DNA of 36,704 nucleotides. It comes from Gemmatimonadota bacterium (lineage in GTDB: Bacteria > ARS69). A program made the position numbers and the translations under genes. Below are positions 1 through 9,217 of this stretch, one piece after another. The notes under the pieces are model-generated. The model was not told the origin of the DNA. It worked only from the letters and a program-made list of their open reading frames with translations, and ran no database searches. How positions within the stretch are numbered: position 1 is the first letter of the stretch; each line of letters starts with the position of its first letter. The stretch is from positions 1 to 36,704 of the forward strand of contig BQJX01000001.1 in the NCBI GenBank assembly GCA_021604925.1. Reading direction: 5' to 3'.

Positions 1-201
1 GGCCAGTTTGTATGCGGAGATGTGCTCCGGCCGTTCCGACTGCGAAGGCCCAGTTGCCTGAAATCGTTCGAACACCGCCTGGCATTCGGCATCCTTCTCG
101 AGAAGCGTGGCGAATCGCTGCTCTTCATCTTCGGCAAGCAGCCCGGCTTCGTGGAGCACCAGGTGCGCCCGGAACCAGCGAAGAGCGGAGGAGTCGCTCA
201 T
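1..201 (-). CDS. putative anti-sigma factor, partial (C-terminal part lies outside the window)
   Basis: Minus-strand open frame running off the left edge, not in the ORF track. Its ATG (201-199) overlaps the sigma gene stop as ATGA. Translation is MSDSSALRWFRAHLVLHEAGLLAEDEEQRFATLLEKDAECQAVFERF... The position directly downstream of an ECF sigma is the usual anti-sigma slot. Confidence 0.5.
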   Translation of the reverse strand, partial: MSDSSALRWFRAHLVLHEAGLLAEDEEQRFATLLEKDAECQAVFERFQATGPSQSERPEHISAYKLA

Positions 202-824
202 GTCGAACCGAACAGTTCCCGCAGCAACGAGAACTCGGGAAGGGTCCGGGCCGCCGTTCGCAGCCTGTCCAGACATCTGGACCATTGCTTTCGCACCGCG
301 GCCGACGTTCGGTCCTGCATCTCGGCGACCTCAGACCAGTCCAGTTCGTGGAAGTAGTGCCCCGTCAGTTCGAGGCAGGCGGAGTCGGTTTCGCGAAAGA
401 ACGCCTTGGCAGCCGAAACCACGAGATCCACCGGATCCTCCAATGAGTCCGGAGAGCGGCTCGAGATATCGACCGGGTCCCAGCCCTGCTCCGGCTCACG
501 GGTGACGATCGTCGCCCATCTTGTCTTTCGGCGGATGTGGTCGATTGCCGTGCAGCGGGCGATGCTGGCCATGAGTGCGCCGACCTCGCGCACTTCTCCG
601 GCACGAAGCTGACGAAGGAGCTTGATCACGCACTCCTGGACAAGGTCCTCGACGACTTCGTCGGGTTCATAGCGCAACCGATACCGAAGCATCTTCTGCG
701 CGTTCGCTCGGAGTTCCGCCCAAGAGGCGCTATCGATTTGGTCGAAGACGGCGGTTCGCGGAGCGTCTGCATCGGACGGGGAAGGAGGCAAGCGTTTCGC
801 TCCTCTGCGCGCGCGAGCTGGCAT
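198..824 (-). CDS. ECF-type RNA polymerase sigma-70 family factor
   Basis: ORF 198..998. Region-2-like EDLVQECVIKLLRQL...ARCTAIDHIRRKTR and region-4-like SEVAEMQDRTSAAVRKQWSRCLDRLR. Start set at the internal ATG 824 (MPARARRG...); the Arg/Pro-rich N-terminal extension to 998 is doubtful. Confidence 0.8.
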   Translation of the reverse strand: MPARARRGAKRLPPSPSDADAPRTAVFDQIDSASWAELRANAQKMLRYRLRYEPDEVVEDLVQECVIKLLRQLRAGEVREVGALMASIARCTAIDHIRRKTRWATIVTREPEQGWDPVDISSRSPDSLEDPVDLVVSAAKAFFRETDSACLELTGHYFHELDWSEVAEMQDRTSAAVRKQWSRCLDRLRTAARTLPEFSLLRELFGST

Positions 825-1286
825 CGGAGCCACCAACACGGGCCGTGACAACTGCAATGGTTCCGGCGAGTTGCGCAACGGTAGCGGAATCGCGTTCGGC
901 GCGCAAGCGGGTGGTCGAGGCGACCGTTCCGAGCGGCGCAGGGGCTCCGAGAGGCGCTCGGCGTCTCTTCGCGCGCGCACCCGAGGTGGTAGCGTCATGA
1001 GTCATCGCTCCGTTGGCGGAATCGAGGCCCGAAGGGAAGCCATCCAGCGTTGAGGTGGTTCCCCCTCGCCTGCCTGGGCTGTCGCTCGGAGTGGGATCAT
1101 GTGACTTGCACAGTTCGCCAGACTGGCGGGATGGACCTTCGGGCGTGCAACCATCCCCCCTGGAGGGCTAGTATTCAGGGTCTTGAGAATCGGGTTCTGC
1201 GGGCGTCACACGGAAGGGGGCGGCGCGACGTCTCTACTAGTCGTGCCGATCCGCGGCCGCAGACAGCGTTTCCACAGGAGGCCCTC

Positions 1287-3017
1287 ATGTTGTCCAAGCC
1301 CCGTTTCCTGATCATCGTCGCAGCGATCGCGCTCGTTCCATCGTCTGGCATGTCTCAGACGGTCTGGAGTATGCCGGGGGCCTGGCCCAATCTGCACACT
1401 GCGGTCGATTCGGCAAGCAGTGGAGACATCATCGAACTGGCCGACGGCCTGTACGACGGGGTCGCGTGGCGGGGGCTCTCGGTAGACAAGACCCTCACGT
1501 TCCGATCCGCATCCATGGACTCGTCACAGTGTGTGTTCGATTGCGGCGGTACCTACTGGGCCAGCTTTGAAGACGGTATGCCTTACGGCGGCTCTCGCAT
1601 TGAAGGAATCGGCTTCCGGAATGCTGGAGGCGGCTCGGGCGATCCGTGGGAAGGTGCCATCTCAGCAAGGGGCCCCGACACGATCACCATCGCCGGCTGC
1701 GACTTCGAGAACAACACTCCCAGTTCCGTGACGGGCTACGCCTATGTTGAGAACTGCGTTTTCAGGAATCATCCACTCGGTGGGGTAGCCGCGAGACCGC
1801 TCCAGGTACTGGACTCGCTGTTCGAATACAACGCGGGATACTGCATCACAGCAGCACCAGCGCCCCCATTGTCAGCGGGAATCTTCCTCGATGGATGTAG
1901 GTTCCGGAACAACAGCAGCAACGTGATGTTCTTCCAGAGCCCCAATGCGGTTTCTCGAACGATCCGCAACTGTGATTTCGAGGAGAACACCGGTGGTCCG
2001 GCGGTATTCTGCCCATTCCCCCTGGTCGTGATAAACAGCACGTTTGTCCGGAACAGCTCCGACACCCAGGGTGGCGGCGCCATCTCCATCTCTTCGGGAG
2101 CAGGGAACAACAGTATCATCGGTTGCACCTTCACCCAGAACACGGCGGGTGCTTCCGGCGGCGCTCTCTCAGTGACGGGGACCGGTCTGACGGAGTTGAT
2201 CGGTTGCGTCTTCCAGGGAAACATCGTCACCTCGACGTCTGGGTCCGCGTTTCTGCGTGGTGGCGGAGGAGCCTACGTGGAAGGTTCGGTCAATGTGGAA
2301 GACTGCACGTTCGAGGGGAACACCACGTCGGGGGCTGTTCCGACATATGGCGGGGGCCTGTTCTTGCAAGGCGCCGGCGATGTGACTATCGGAATGGACT
2401 CGCGATTCGTGTCGAACCAGGCTGATAAGGAAGGCGGCGGGATCGCCATGGTGAGAACAGATCTTTCTGCGGCGACGATCAGCCTCACCAACGTCCTGAT
2501 CGCGGACAACGCGGCGGTGGAAGAAGGCGGAGGCCTGGCCTTCCTCGGACTCGGCAGCATGGCGGCGACACCGACACTGAACGTCACGCGCACGACGATC
2601 GCGAACAACTCGTTGGTTCCGGGATCGGGGGAGCGTGGCTCCGCGGTTTCTATCAATGGGGCCTATTTGAATCTGGAACAGTCGATCATTGCCTACAATC
2701 GCGGCGGGCCGGCCTTCTACTGCGCTTCAACAGCGACTGCCTCCTGCACGGACATCTTCGGGCACGACCCTCCGGGCTCGAACTGGACAGGATGCCTGGA
2801 CGGATTTGAGTCGTTCTTCGACAATCTCGAAGCTCAGCCCAAGTTCTGCTGCATTGAGGATGGCAACTACGAACTGGCCTCCGACTCCCCCTGTCTGGCG
2901 GCCAACAACCTGTGCGGAGGCGTGGGGCTGCTGATGGGCTGGGGCGAGGAGGGCAGTTGCATCACGTCCGCGGTGCAGCAGGAATCGTGGGCCGCCATCA
3001 AGGCGATGTATCGCTGA
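1287..3017 (+). CDS. secreted right-handed parallel beta-helix repeat protein
   Basis: ORF 1050..3017. ATG 1287 follows CAGGAGG. Signal-like MLSKPRFLIIVAAIALVPSSGMSQ. Repeated N.(S/T)..GGG(A/G)(I/L) beta-helix units. The protein ends ...SWAAIKAMYR. Confidence 0.75.
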   Translation: MLSKPRFLIIVAAIALVPSSGMSQTVWSMPGAWPNLHTAVDSASSGDIIELADGLYDGVAWRGLSVDKTLTFRSASMDSSQCVFDCGGTYWASFEDGMPYGGSRIEGIGFRNAGGGSGDPWEGAISARGPDTITIAGCDFENNTPSSVTGYAYVENCVFRNHPLGGVAARPLQVLDSLFEYNAGYCITAAPAPPLSAGIFLDGCRFRNNSSNVMFFQSPNAVSRTIRNCDFEENTGGPAVFCPFPLVVINSTFVRNSSDTQGGGAISISSGAGNNSIIGCTFTQNTAGASGGALSVTGTGLTELIGCVFQGNIVTSTSGSAFLRGGGGAYVEGSVNVEDCTFEGNTTSGAVPTYGGGLFLQGAGDVTIGMDSRFVSNQADKEGGGIAMVRTDLSAATISLTNVLIADNAAVEEGGGLAFLGLGSMAATPTLNVTRTTIANNSLVPGSGERGSAVSINGAYLNLEQSIIAYNRGGPAFYCASTATASCTDIFGHDPPGSNWTGCLDGFESFFDNLEAQPKFCCIEDGNYELASDSPCLAANNLCGGVGLLMGWGEEGSCITSAVQQESWAAIKAMYR

Positions 3018-6000
3018 TGATCCGGCCGCTCTTCATTGGTCTGCTTCTGCTTGCCTGGGCGTCGGCGGTGCACGCCCAGGCACCGGTCGAGTCCACCCCG
3101 ACCACCGCAGACCTGGAGTCGGCGATCGAGGAGCTGCGCTCCGCCAAACGATTCCAGGAGTCGGCGGACGCCGCCGGGCGGCTGGTAGCGCTCGCTCGGA
3201 AGAGCGAGATGTCGCCGATGTACATTGATGTAGTTGAGGAGTTGCAGAGGGAACTGCTCTACGTGGCGAGCCTGCCCAGCGAAACGCAGGACGTCTACCT
3301 CGAGTCGATGGTGGTCGACTCCCAACTTCGTCAGAGCTTCCAGGATGGCGCGTACGCGGATGGCGTTCGACTGGGGCGCCGGCTACTGGAAATGAGAACT
3401 CTCTGCTTTCCAGAGGAGCACCACCGGACCCTCGAGGCTGTGAGCAACCTTGCGGTCCTCCTGTTGCGCAACGGCGAGGCGGACGAGGCCCTTGAGTTGT
3501 TCAAGAGGACCCTGACCATTGCTCGGAGCATCTTTCAGGAGCCACACTGGGAGATCTCGTTGGCGATTAACAACGTCGCGTCCACGCTGGACAATCTTGG
3601 GTTTCCAGAGCGGGCGATCCCCCTCTTTCGTGAAGCGCTCTCGATGCGCCAGGAGCTGTTCGGCGAGGTGGATGCCCGGGTCGGCACATCCCTGCAGGAC
3701 CTTGCCAGCGCCTACGAGACGCTGGGGGACTATCAGAATGCCGAGATCCTGAGCCGAGAGGCGCTTCAGATCACGCGGCAGGTCCTGCCGGAGGGCGACC
3801 CTCAGATTGCGGTGGCCTCGTCCAATCTCGGCAATCTTCTCGGCGTCGCGGGCAATCCGGAGCGGGCTCGGGACTACTACGACGAGGCGCTTCACATCTA
3901 TCGCGCCAAGTACGGTAAGGCGCATCCCAACATCGCGATTACCATCGACGCGATCGGCCATCTGGACCTGCGAGACGGGCGACTCAGCGAGGCGGAAGAC
4001 CGCTTCACGGAGGCACTCGCGATGCGTGAGGAGTTGCTGGGAGAGCATCCCTACACGTCGATTAGTATCGGCAATCTCGCGGCGGTGCGGGCGGCCCAGG
4101 GTGACCTGGCGAGAGCCAGGAAAGGCTTTGCGATGGCCGAGGCGCAGCTGCGTGATCGCCTGGGAGAGGGACACATTCAGACGGCACGCGCCCAGGTGCA
4201 GCTGGGGCGCGCGGAGCGACAACTCGGCCTTCTTGACGCAGCAGAGGGGCACCTGGCCGAGGGCCTCGCGACGCTCGTGGCGCGCTTGGGAGCCGAAAGC
4301 GCGGACGCGGGTGGAGCCTTCCAGGACCTGGGACTCATTCGCCACGTTCGGGGAGACTGGGCGGCGGCGGAGTCGTTGCTGACCCTCGCCGCGGCAGCCT
4401 ACGATGGCTCTCGGGCGCATGTCCCCCTCGGATTCTCCAGGGCGATGTTCCGAACGCCGCCGCATGCCCGTTTGGCGGCAGAGCGGGTGCTGCTGGGCCG
4501 TGGGCGCGAGGGGTGGGAAGCGGCTGAGCGAGGCTCCGGGCGCGTGCTCTGGGAACTCGTGGACTTGGCCGGCCACGTCGCACTCTCCGAAGAACAAGAG
4601 CGATCGCGAACCGACATCCTCCATCGGCTAGCGAATGCGGAACGCAAAGTGAATCTGCATCGGTCGACCGACGAAGGGATCGATTCTGCGGAATTCTCGG
4701 CGACCTCGCGTGAGCTGCACGACGTCGCGACCGAGTGGGCGCGCTGGCAGAACCAGGCGGCGCAGACGATTCCTGCGGGCCGTCCGTTCTCACTCGAGCG
4801 GGTTCAGGCGGCCCTTGATGAGACCTGTGTGATCGTTGGCTGGGTCGATGCCGACCTCGGTGGCGGCAACACAGCATCGTGGGCCTGGCTGATCGGCGCG
4901 GAGAAGACGGTGGAATGGTTCCGCCTCCCGGAGGAAGGAACGGCGTCCGAGCAGGAACTCAAAACCTCGATTGCCGAGCCTTGGCTGGACCCGGGTCCCG
5001 CCGCCCGCGCCGTGTGGTCGGCGCGATTCGGGCCGATCGAGGACAGGCTTCAGGGAATCGAACAGCTGATTGTGGTCCCCAGCGGTCCCATGATGGGTGT
5101 CCCCATCGAGGTCCTGCAGGACGACCAAGGCCGCTCGGTCCTGGACAGGTTTCAGGTCACCTACGCACCATCAGCCACTCTCTGGGCGGCTCTTGCGGAA
5201 AGGCCATCGCGAGCGGGCGCGATTCGAGCATTGCTGGTAGGCGATCCACCCCACAGCCCGGACCAGAAGAAGCAGATGACCACAGGGGAGGCAGTATTGA
5301 TCGCGTCTCTCGACGAGACTCAACGGGAGTCCGGCGCGTGGGAGGGAATCCTCCGCGGGAACGACGAATCACTGAGAGCGCTGCGCCGGTTGCCGCAGGC
5401 GCGCCGAGAAGTCGAATCGATTTCCAGTCGGTTCTCGTCGTCCGAGCTACTGCTGGGACCCGACGCGTCGGAACAGGCGCTGAGCGCCATGGCCGATGGC
5501 GATGAACTGAAGGATTATGGCCTGATCCACTTTGCCACCCATGCTGCCATCGATGACGAACGTCCGGAGCGATCCGCGATCGTGCTTTCGCAGGTGGACC
5601 TGCCGGACCCATATGTAGCTGCAGTCCGCGGCGCGCGCGTGTTCGACGGTCTCCTCTCGACTCGAGAGATCATGACTGAGTGGCGGCTGGACGCCGATCT
5701 CGTGACCTTGAGTGGCTGCGAAACGGCTTTGGGGCGGGCAACCTACGGCGAGGGATTCCTCGGCTTCGGGCACGGGCTATTTCAGGCGGGAGCGCGGTCC
5801 ATCCTCGTGAGCCTGTGGAAGGTCGAGGACTCCGCCACTGCTTTGCTCATGGAGGAGTTCTACGAGTTCTGGCTCGGGGATGGCGGCGTGCCGATCACGA
5901 CGAAGACGACCGCTCTCAGACGAGCGAAGCAGGCGTGCCGCGACTTTTCGGCCGACGGAGGTTCCTATCCGTACGCGCATCCGGCCTACTGGGCGGGGTT

Positions 6001-6025
6001 TGTCTTGGTCGGCGACTCGCGCTAG
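3017..6025 (+). CDS. secreted TPR-repeat / CHAT-domain (caspase-like) protein
   Basis: ORF 2912..6025. ATG 3017 overlaps the upstream stop (TGATG). Signal peptide MIRPLFIGLLLLAWASAVHAQA. Long TPR-like region (NLAVLL, NLGNLL, YDEALHIY). C-terminal CHAT with His/Cys dyad context GLIHFATHA and LVTLSGCETALG. Confidence 0.85.
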   Translation: MIRPLFIGLLLLAWASAVHAQAPVESTPTTADLESAIEELRSAKRFQESADAAGRLVALARKSEMSPMYIDVVEELQRELLYVASLPSETQDVYLESMVVDSQLRQSFQDGAYADGVRLGRRLLEMRTLCFPEEHHRTLEAVSNLAVLLLRNGEADEALELFKRTLTIARSIFQEPHWEISLAINNVASTLDNLGFPERAIPLFREALSMRQELFGEVDARVGTSLQDLASAYETLGDYQNAEILSREALQITRQVLPEGDPQIAVASSNLGNLLGVAGNPERARDYYDEALHIYRAKYGKAHPNIAITIDAIGHLDLRDGRLSEAEDRFTEALAMREELLGEHPYTSISIGNLAAVRAAQGDLARARKGFAMAEAQLRDRLGEGHIQTARAQVQLGRAERQLGLLDAAEGHLAEGLATLVARLGAESADAGGAFQDLGLIRHVRGDWAAAESLLTLAAAAYDGSRAHVPLGFSRAMFRTPPHARLAAERVLLGRGREGWEAAERGSGRVLWELVDLAGHVALSEEQERSRTDILHRLANAERKVNLHRSTDEGIDSAEFSATSRELHDVATEWARWQNQAAQTIPAGRPFSLERVQAALDETCVIVGWVDADLGGGNTASWAWLIGAEKTVEWFRLPEEGTASEQELKTSIAEPWLDPGPAARAVWSARFGPIEDRLQGIEQLIVVPSGPMMGVPIEVLQDDQGRSVLDRFQVTYAPSATLWAALAERPSRAGAIRALLVGDPPHSPDQKKQMTTGEAVLIASLDETQRESGAWEGILRGNDESLRALRRLPQARREVESISSRFSSSELLLGPDASEQALSAMADGDELKDYGLIHFATHAAIDDERPERSAIVLSQVDLPDPYVAAVRGARVFDGLLSTREIMTEWRLDADLVTLSGCETALGRATYGEGFLGFGHGLFQAGARSILVSLWKVEDSATALLMEEFYEFWLGDGGVPITTKTTALRRAKQACRDFSADGGSYPYAHPAYWAGFVLVGDSR

Positions 6026-6107
6026 GTTGGGCATTCAGTGGCGGACGTGGAACGGTGGGCGCCTTTGCCGCGGTACAGCATGGCCACCTGGAGCGGAGGG
6101 TCAACCC

Positions 6108-6656
6108 TTGCGAATCACGACGGAGCGCCTGGTTCTTCGCAAACCATCTTTGCCAGACGCGCCGGCTGTCTACCGTTTGGCGAACGATCGGCGCGTCACC
6201 CGGTGGATGACCCTGCCTTGGCCCTATCGCCCGGAGGATGCGGTCCAGTTCGTCCGGATGTCCCAGCGTGAATTCCGGAAGGGGATTGGGCAGCACTTCG
6301 TGATCGAGCGTCGGGGTGACGGCGAACTGCTCGGCTCCGTGGGCCTCATGGATCATCGCCCGACCCATCGCCGGGCCGAGGTCGGCTATTGGCTTGGGTC
6401 CGAGCACTGGAAGCAGGGTTACGCGTCCGAGGCGTTGGGGGGCGTTCTGCGACTCGCTTTCCGGGATATGCAACTGAACCGCGTTCACGCGGTGACATTC
6501 CCCGAGAATGAGGCGTCAGGGGCGGTCCTCCTTCGAGCCGGATTCCAGCGCGAGGGGCAGCATCGACGCCATTGGAAGCATCGGGCTCGATGGCATGATC
6601 TCGTGATCTGGGGTCTCCTGCGAAACGAATGGGACGGTCGCCAGAAAGAAGGGTGA
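6108..6656 (+). CDS. GNAT family N-acetyltransferase (RimJ/RimL-like)
   Basis: ORF 5880..6656. TTG 6108 lies 8 nt after GGAGGG and gives MRITTERLVLRKPSLPDA..., a typical RimJ-type N-terminus. Also GYASEALGGVLRLAF and NEASGAVLLRAGFQREG. Confidence 0.8.
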   Translation: MRITTERLVLRKPSLPDAPAVYRLANDRRVTRWMTLPWPYRPEDAVQFVRMSQREFRKGIGQHFVIERRGDGELLGSVGLMDHRPTHRRAEVGYWLGSEHWKQGYASEALGGVLRLAFRDMQLNRVHAVTFPENEASGAVLLRAGFQREGQHRRHWKHRARWHDLVIWGLLRNEWDGRQKEG

Positions 6657-6682
6657 CCGGCCCCCCCATCGGGACCGGTCAC
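6653..6682. terminator. GC-rich hairpin between convergent genes
   Basis: GTGACCGG (6653-6660) pairs with CCGGTCAC (6675-6682), with additional CCC/GGG pairs. It sits between the stops of 6108..6656 (+) and 6696..7244 (-). There is no U-tract. Confidence 0.4.
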
Positions 6683-6695
6683 AAGCGCAATACCC

Positions 6696-7244
6696 TCAGC
6701 GAGGAGGCAATGCGAGGAGCGACGCCATTCCACGACTCGGGGATGAGCGCGCGCCCGACGGGTTGCCGCTCACGCGGGTGCCGGTAACGACGACGTCCAT
6801 GCAGAAGTCACCTGTCGCCGCACAGCCAGCACCACTCATCGACAGCGTCGAGGTGCCGAACCCGGAGTACGTATCCCCGTCCACGATGATGGTCCCTAAG
6901 GCGGTGATTGACTCGACACAGTCGCCGACCGATCTCCGCGCGCTGAACGAGTACTGCCCCCCCGAACCGGAAACGGTCACCGAGCACTCCAGGACGACGA
7001 AGCCGTCCTCAATCAATTCTTCCAGGAACGGTTCGCCGGCCACGAGGGTGACGATCTCGTTCTCCTCGGACCACACTTCGGACTCGCCACACGCGCTGAA
7101 CCCGCTCGTCAGATCCCAATCTCCGGCCCACTCCGCGGGAAGACCTTCATCACAGGACGGAGGTGGTGGGGTGAACGGCGGTTCACATCCAGACATCATG
7201 CCCGCGAGAATGGCGATGCTCGTAGCTACGGAAAATCGGCCCAT
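6696..7244 (-). CDS. putative lipoprotein, hypothetical
   Basis: ORF 6696..7397. Internal ATG 7244 is preceded by AAGGAGG. N-terminus MGRFSVATSIAILAGMMSGC has a signal peptide and a lipobox-like Cys. Confidence 0.7.
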   Translation of the reverse strand: MGRFSVATSIAILAGMMSGCEPPFTPPPPSCDEGLPAEWAGDWDLTSGFSACGESEVWSEENEIVTLVAGEPFLEELIEDGFVVLECSVTVSGSGGQYSFSARRSVGDCVESITALGTIIVDGDTYSGFGTSTLSMSGAGCAATGDFCMDVVVTGTRVSGNPSGARSSPSRGMASLLALPPR

Positions 7245-7441
7245 CTTCGGCCTCCTTTGATTGGTGGTCCCCGGCCCGACCGAAGCCTTCGAGGAGCGTC
7301 TTGGGCACCACGGTCCCTCGTAGGTCGTCCGGCGCGGGGAGGCGTGACACTGGATCCATTGTCGGCAAGGGTGCGGACGACCTTGTCGGACAGTCACGCC
7401 AGGAGTGTTACCGTGTACGGGGGGTAGGCCAGGGAGGAGCC

Positions 7442-7876
7442 GTGAAGCTCACAAGAAGACCGGCGGAGGACGCGGACAAGGCGTTCGTTCAAGATGCAAA
7501 TCGGGCGGCCTATGAGGATGTCGTCGTGCGTCAGTTCGGCCAGTGGGACGAAGCGTTTCACGAATACCACTTCAACAAGAAGTGGGAGGACGCCACGTTC
7601 GAGATCGTCGAGAGTCGCTCGGGCCCGGTTGGCGCCCTATGGACGACGGATGAAGGTGACCACTTGTGGCTTCGGGAGGTGTTCCTCCTTCCAGTCTTCC
7701 AGGGACAGGGGATCGGAACCGCCCTGATAAGGCAGGAACTCGCGAAGGCCCGCCGCTTCAAGAAACCGCTTCGATTGCGCGTGCTGCGGGAGAATCGCGC
7801 GCTCTCGCTCTATGAGAGGCTCGGGTTCTCCGTGTGTGGCGAAACTGAGACGCACTTCCTGATGGAAGCTGTCTAG
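7442..7876 (+). CDS. GNAT family N-acetyltransferase
   Basis: ORF 7301..7876. GTG 7442 follows GGGAGGAG. Motif A-like FQGQGIGTALIRQELAKA and C-terminal RALSLYERLGFSV. Confidence 0.8.
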   Translation: MKLTRRPAEDADKAFVQDANRAAYEDVVVRQFGQWDEAFHEYHFNKKWEDATFEIVESRSGPVGALWTTDEGDHLWLREVFLLPVFQGQGIGTALIRQELAKARRFKKPLRLRVLRENRALSLYERLGFSVCGETETHFLMEAV

Positions 7877-7915
7877 CCTGGGTCCGCAGCTGACGGATCG
7901 CGTCCGTCGGTAGCC
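7871..7915 (+). repeat. degenerate type A attC-like repeat (left-most copy)
   Basis: GTCTAGCC-TGGGTCCGCAGCTGACGGATCGCG aligns with the consensus CTAG-GGTTTGCAGCCGACGATCACCGCG. The GNAT stop codon lies inside the GTCTAGC box. Internal stem GACGGA/TCCGTC. Confidence 0.35.
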
Positions 7916-8173
7916 TATCCATCCCTGCCCACCTCCCCCCTTCCCATGTCACACCCAGCCGCCCCGGACGAGGGATTCGGCGAAGTCGCTGCGGTGGAAC
8001 GCGAATTCTGGCTCGGATGATAGGCCGGGTGCCCGGCAAGCGGACATTCCGCTTCGACGCCTGTGCCCAGCGCCCCGGTGACCGCTTTGGCCGAAACTGC
8101 CATCCATTGGCGGGTGTGCTTCCGCTGGGAGCGGGGCAACGCAGCGGATGTCGAGATTGTGGATTGTCACTAG
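7900..8173 (+). pseudogene. higB: higB-type (RelE/ParE superfamily killer) toxin, multiply frameshifted
   Basis: C-terminal frame reads ...IHWRVCFRWERGNAADVEIVDCH* (stop 8171-8173), the canonical HigB end. Upstream HigB-like segments (AKSLRWNANSGSDDRPGAR and VPGKR...GDRFGR) lie in two other frames. No intact ORF exists. Confidence 0.55.
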
Positions 8174-8176
8174 AGG

Positions 8177-8488
8177 TTGTCATGGCTAGTCGCAAGGTTT
8201 CCCCGATTCATTCCCGGAGAGCTCCTTCTTGAGGAGTTCCTGGAGCCGCTCGAGATGAGCCAGTATCGCCTGGCCAAGGACATCAGTGTGCCGCCGGGTC
8301 AGATCCATGAGATTGTCCATGGTACGCGGTCGGTCACAGCAGACACAGCTCTGCGCCTTGCTCGGTACTTCGGAACGCCTGAGCGCTTCTGGCTCAACCT
8401 TCAGACTCGCCATGATCTAGAGGTGGAGAAGGATCGTTTGGGCCGTCGTTTGGTCGCAGAGGTCCAGGTTCTCAAGAAGGCCAGCTAG
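8177..8488 (+). CDS. higA: HigA family antitoxin (XRE-type HTH)
   Basis: PGELLLEEFLEPLEMSQYRLAKDISVPPGQIHEIVHGTRSVTADTALRLARYFGTPERFWLNLQTRHDLE. The intact ORF needs TTG 8177. The canonical N-terminus MASRKVSPIH (ATG 8182) is in another frame because of one extra T at 8211/8212. Confidence 0.8.
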   Translation: MSWLVARFPRFIPGELLLEEFLEPLEMSQYRLAKDISVPPGQIHEIVHGTRSVTADTALRLARYFGTPERFWLNLQTRHDLEVEKDRLGRRLVAEVQVLKKAS

Positions 8489-8495
8489 AAATGAG

Positions 8496-8633
8496 ATCCA
8501 ACCAGGGTTTGCAGCAGACGATCACGGAGGCGCATACTGCGCTGTGAGCAACTCGGAATTGGGCTCCGCGGCTGGCCGAGAAGCGCCATGTGCATTTTCG
8601 CCGTCTGCGGTGCCCGCGGCTGCATCGCCAACC
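8496..8633 (+). repeat. type A attC-like repeat
   Basis: R''-like ATCCAAC (8496-8502, fits RYYYAAC), GGTTTGCAGC, TTGCAG 8509-8514 / CATACT 8533-8538 (18-nt spacer). Tail GGAATTGGGCTCCGCGGCTGGC...GCGGTGCCCGCGGCTGCA. The R' box is degenerate (GCCAACC). Confidence 0.6.
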
Positions 8634-8653
8634 GCGAGAAGGGGTGTTTCTGA

Positions 8654-9184
8654 ATGAGCGTGATTGACCAGAAGATTGTTGTCTCGACGTCTGTGGGTGT
8701 GCTCTCTGGCATCGCCTTTGCCACTTTGCTGGCACAAACCCCTGCCCCCGTAGTTCAAGATCTTGTCGAAGCGCGCGAGATCCGTGTCGTGAACGAGCTA
8801 GGCGACCCGGTCGTTCGTCTACTGAGCATGCCGGGAGGCGCTGGAGGCGTCGTTTCCGTCATTGACGATCAAGGTGCGGCAAGGGTCATGCTGGCAGCAA
8901 TCTTGCCGGGGACAGGAAACGCCAGTCTCGCAATCTCGGACCCGGGCGGAACGCCCATCGTACAGCTTGGTGGGGACGAATACGGGCAGTTGGCACTCCG
9001 TGCAGAGGGAAGGGACGCGGTGTGGGCTGGTCGGGATGATGCCGGCAATGGGTTCCTGAGCACCTGGTCTGCGGGTGGGAAGGAGACTGTGCACATCGGG
9101 TCTAGCAAGGTGGGGCACGGCGGCGTCGTCGAAGTGTACGACACCGAGGGCAACACCAGCGGGCGGACAGGCACGGGGAAGTGA
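8654..9184 (+). CDS. hypothetical membrane-anchored/secreted protein
   Basis: ORF 8654..9184. N-terminal hydrophobic segment VSTSVGVLSGIAFATLLAQ, Gly-rich repetitive body. No family recognised. Confidence 0.6.
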   Translation: MSVIDQKIVVSTSVGVLSGIAFATLLAQTPAPVVQDLVEAREIRVVNELGDPVVRLLSMPGGAGGVVSVIDDQGAARVMLAAILPGTGNASLAISDPGGTPIVQLGGDEYGQLALRAEGRDAVWAGRDDAGNGFLSTWSAGGKETVHIGSSKVGHGGVVEVYDTEGNTSGRTGTGK

Positions 9185-9217
9185 CCTAGTCCAAGTTGCA
9201 CCGGCCCCGTCCGGCCC

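Noticed and set aside
3383-4624. Long antisense or overlapping ORFs: 3383..4624(-), 13507..14520(-), 14880..15542(-), 16144..16878(-), 17040..17975(-), 21835..22857(-), 22930..24528(-), 24429..25970(+), 26172..28208(-), 10458..11177(-)
   Set aside because: They have Arg/Pro/Gly-rich low-complexity translations typical of off-frame reading in GC-rich DNA. Each fully overlaps a gene with clear family motifs on the other strand or frame.
3017-6025. TPR-CHAT protein as a type III-E CRISPR (Craspase/Csx29-like) or other intracellular defence protease
   Set aside because: It has an N-terminal signal peptide. There is no CRISPR array, gRAMP/Cas7-11 or other defence gene nearby, and the context is an ECF sigma module.
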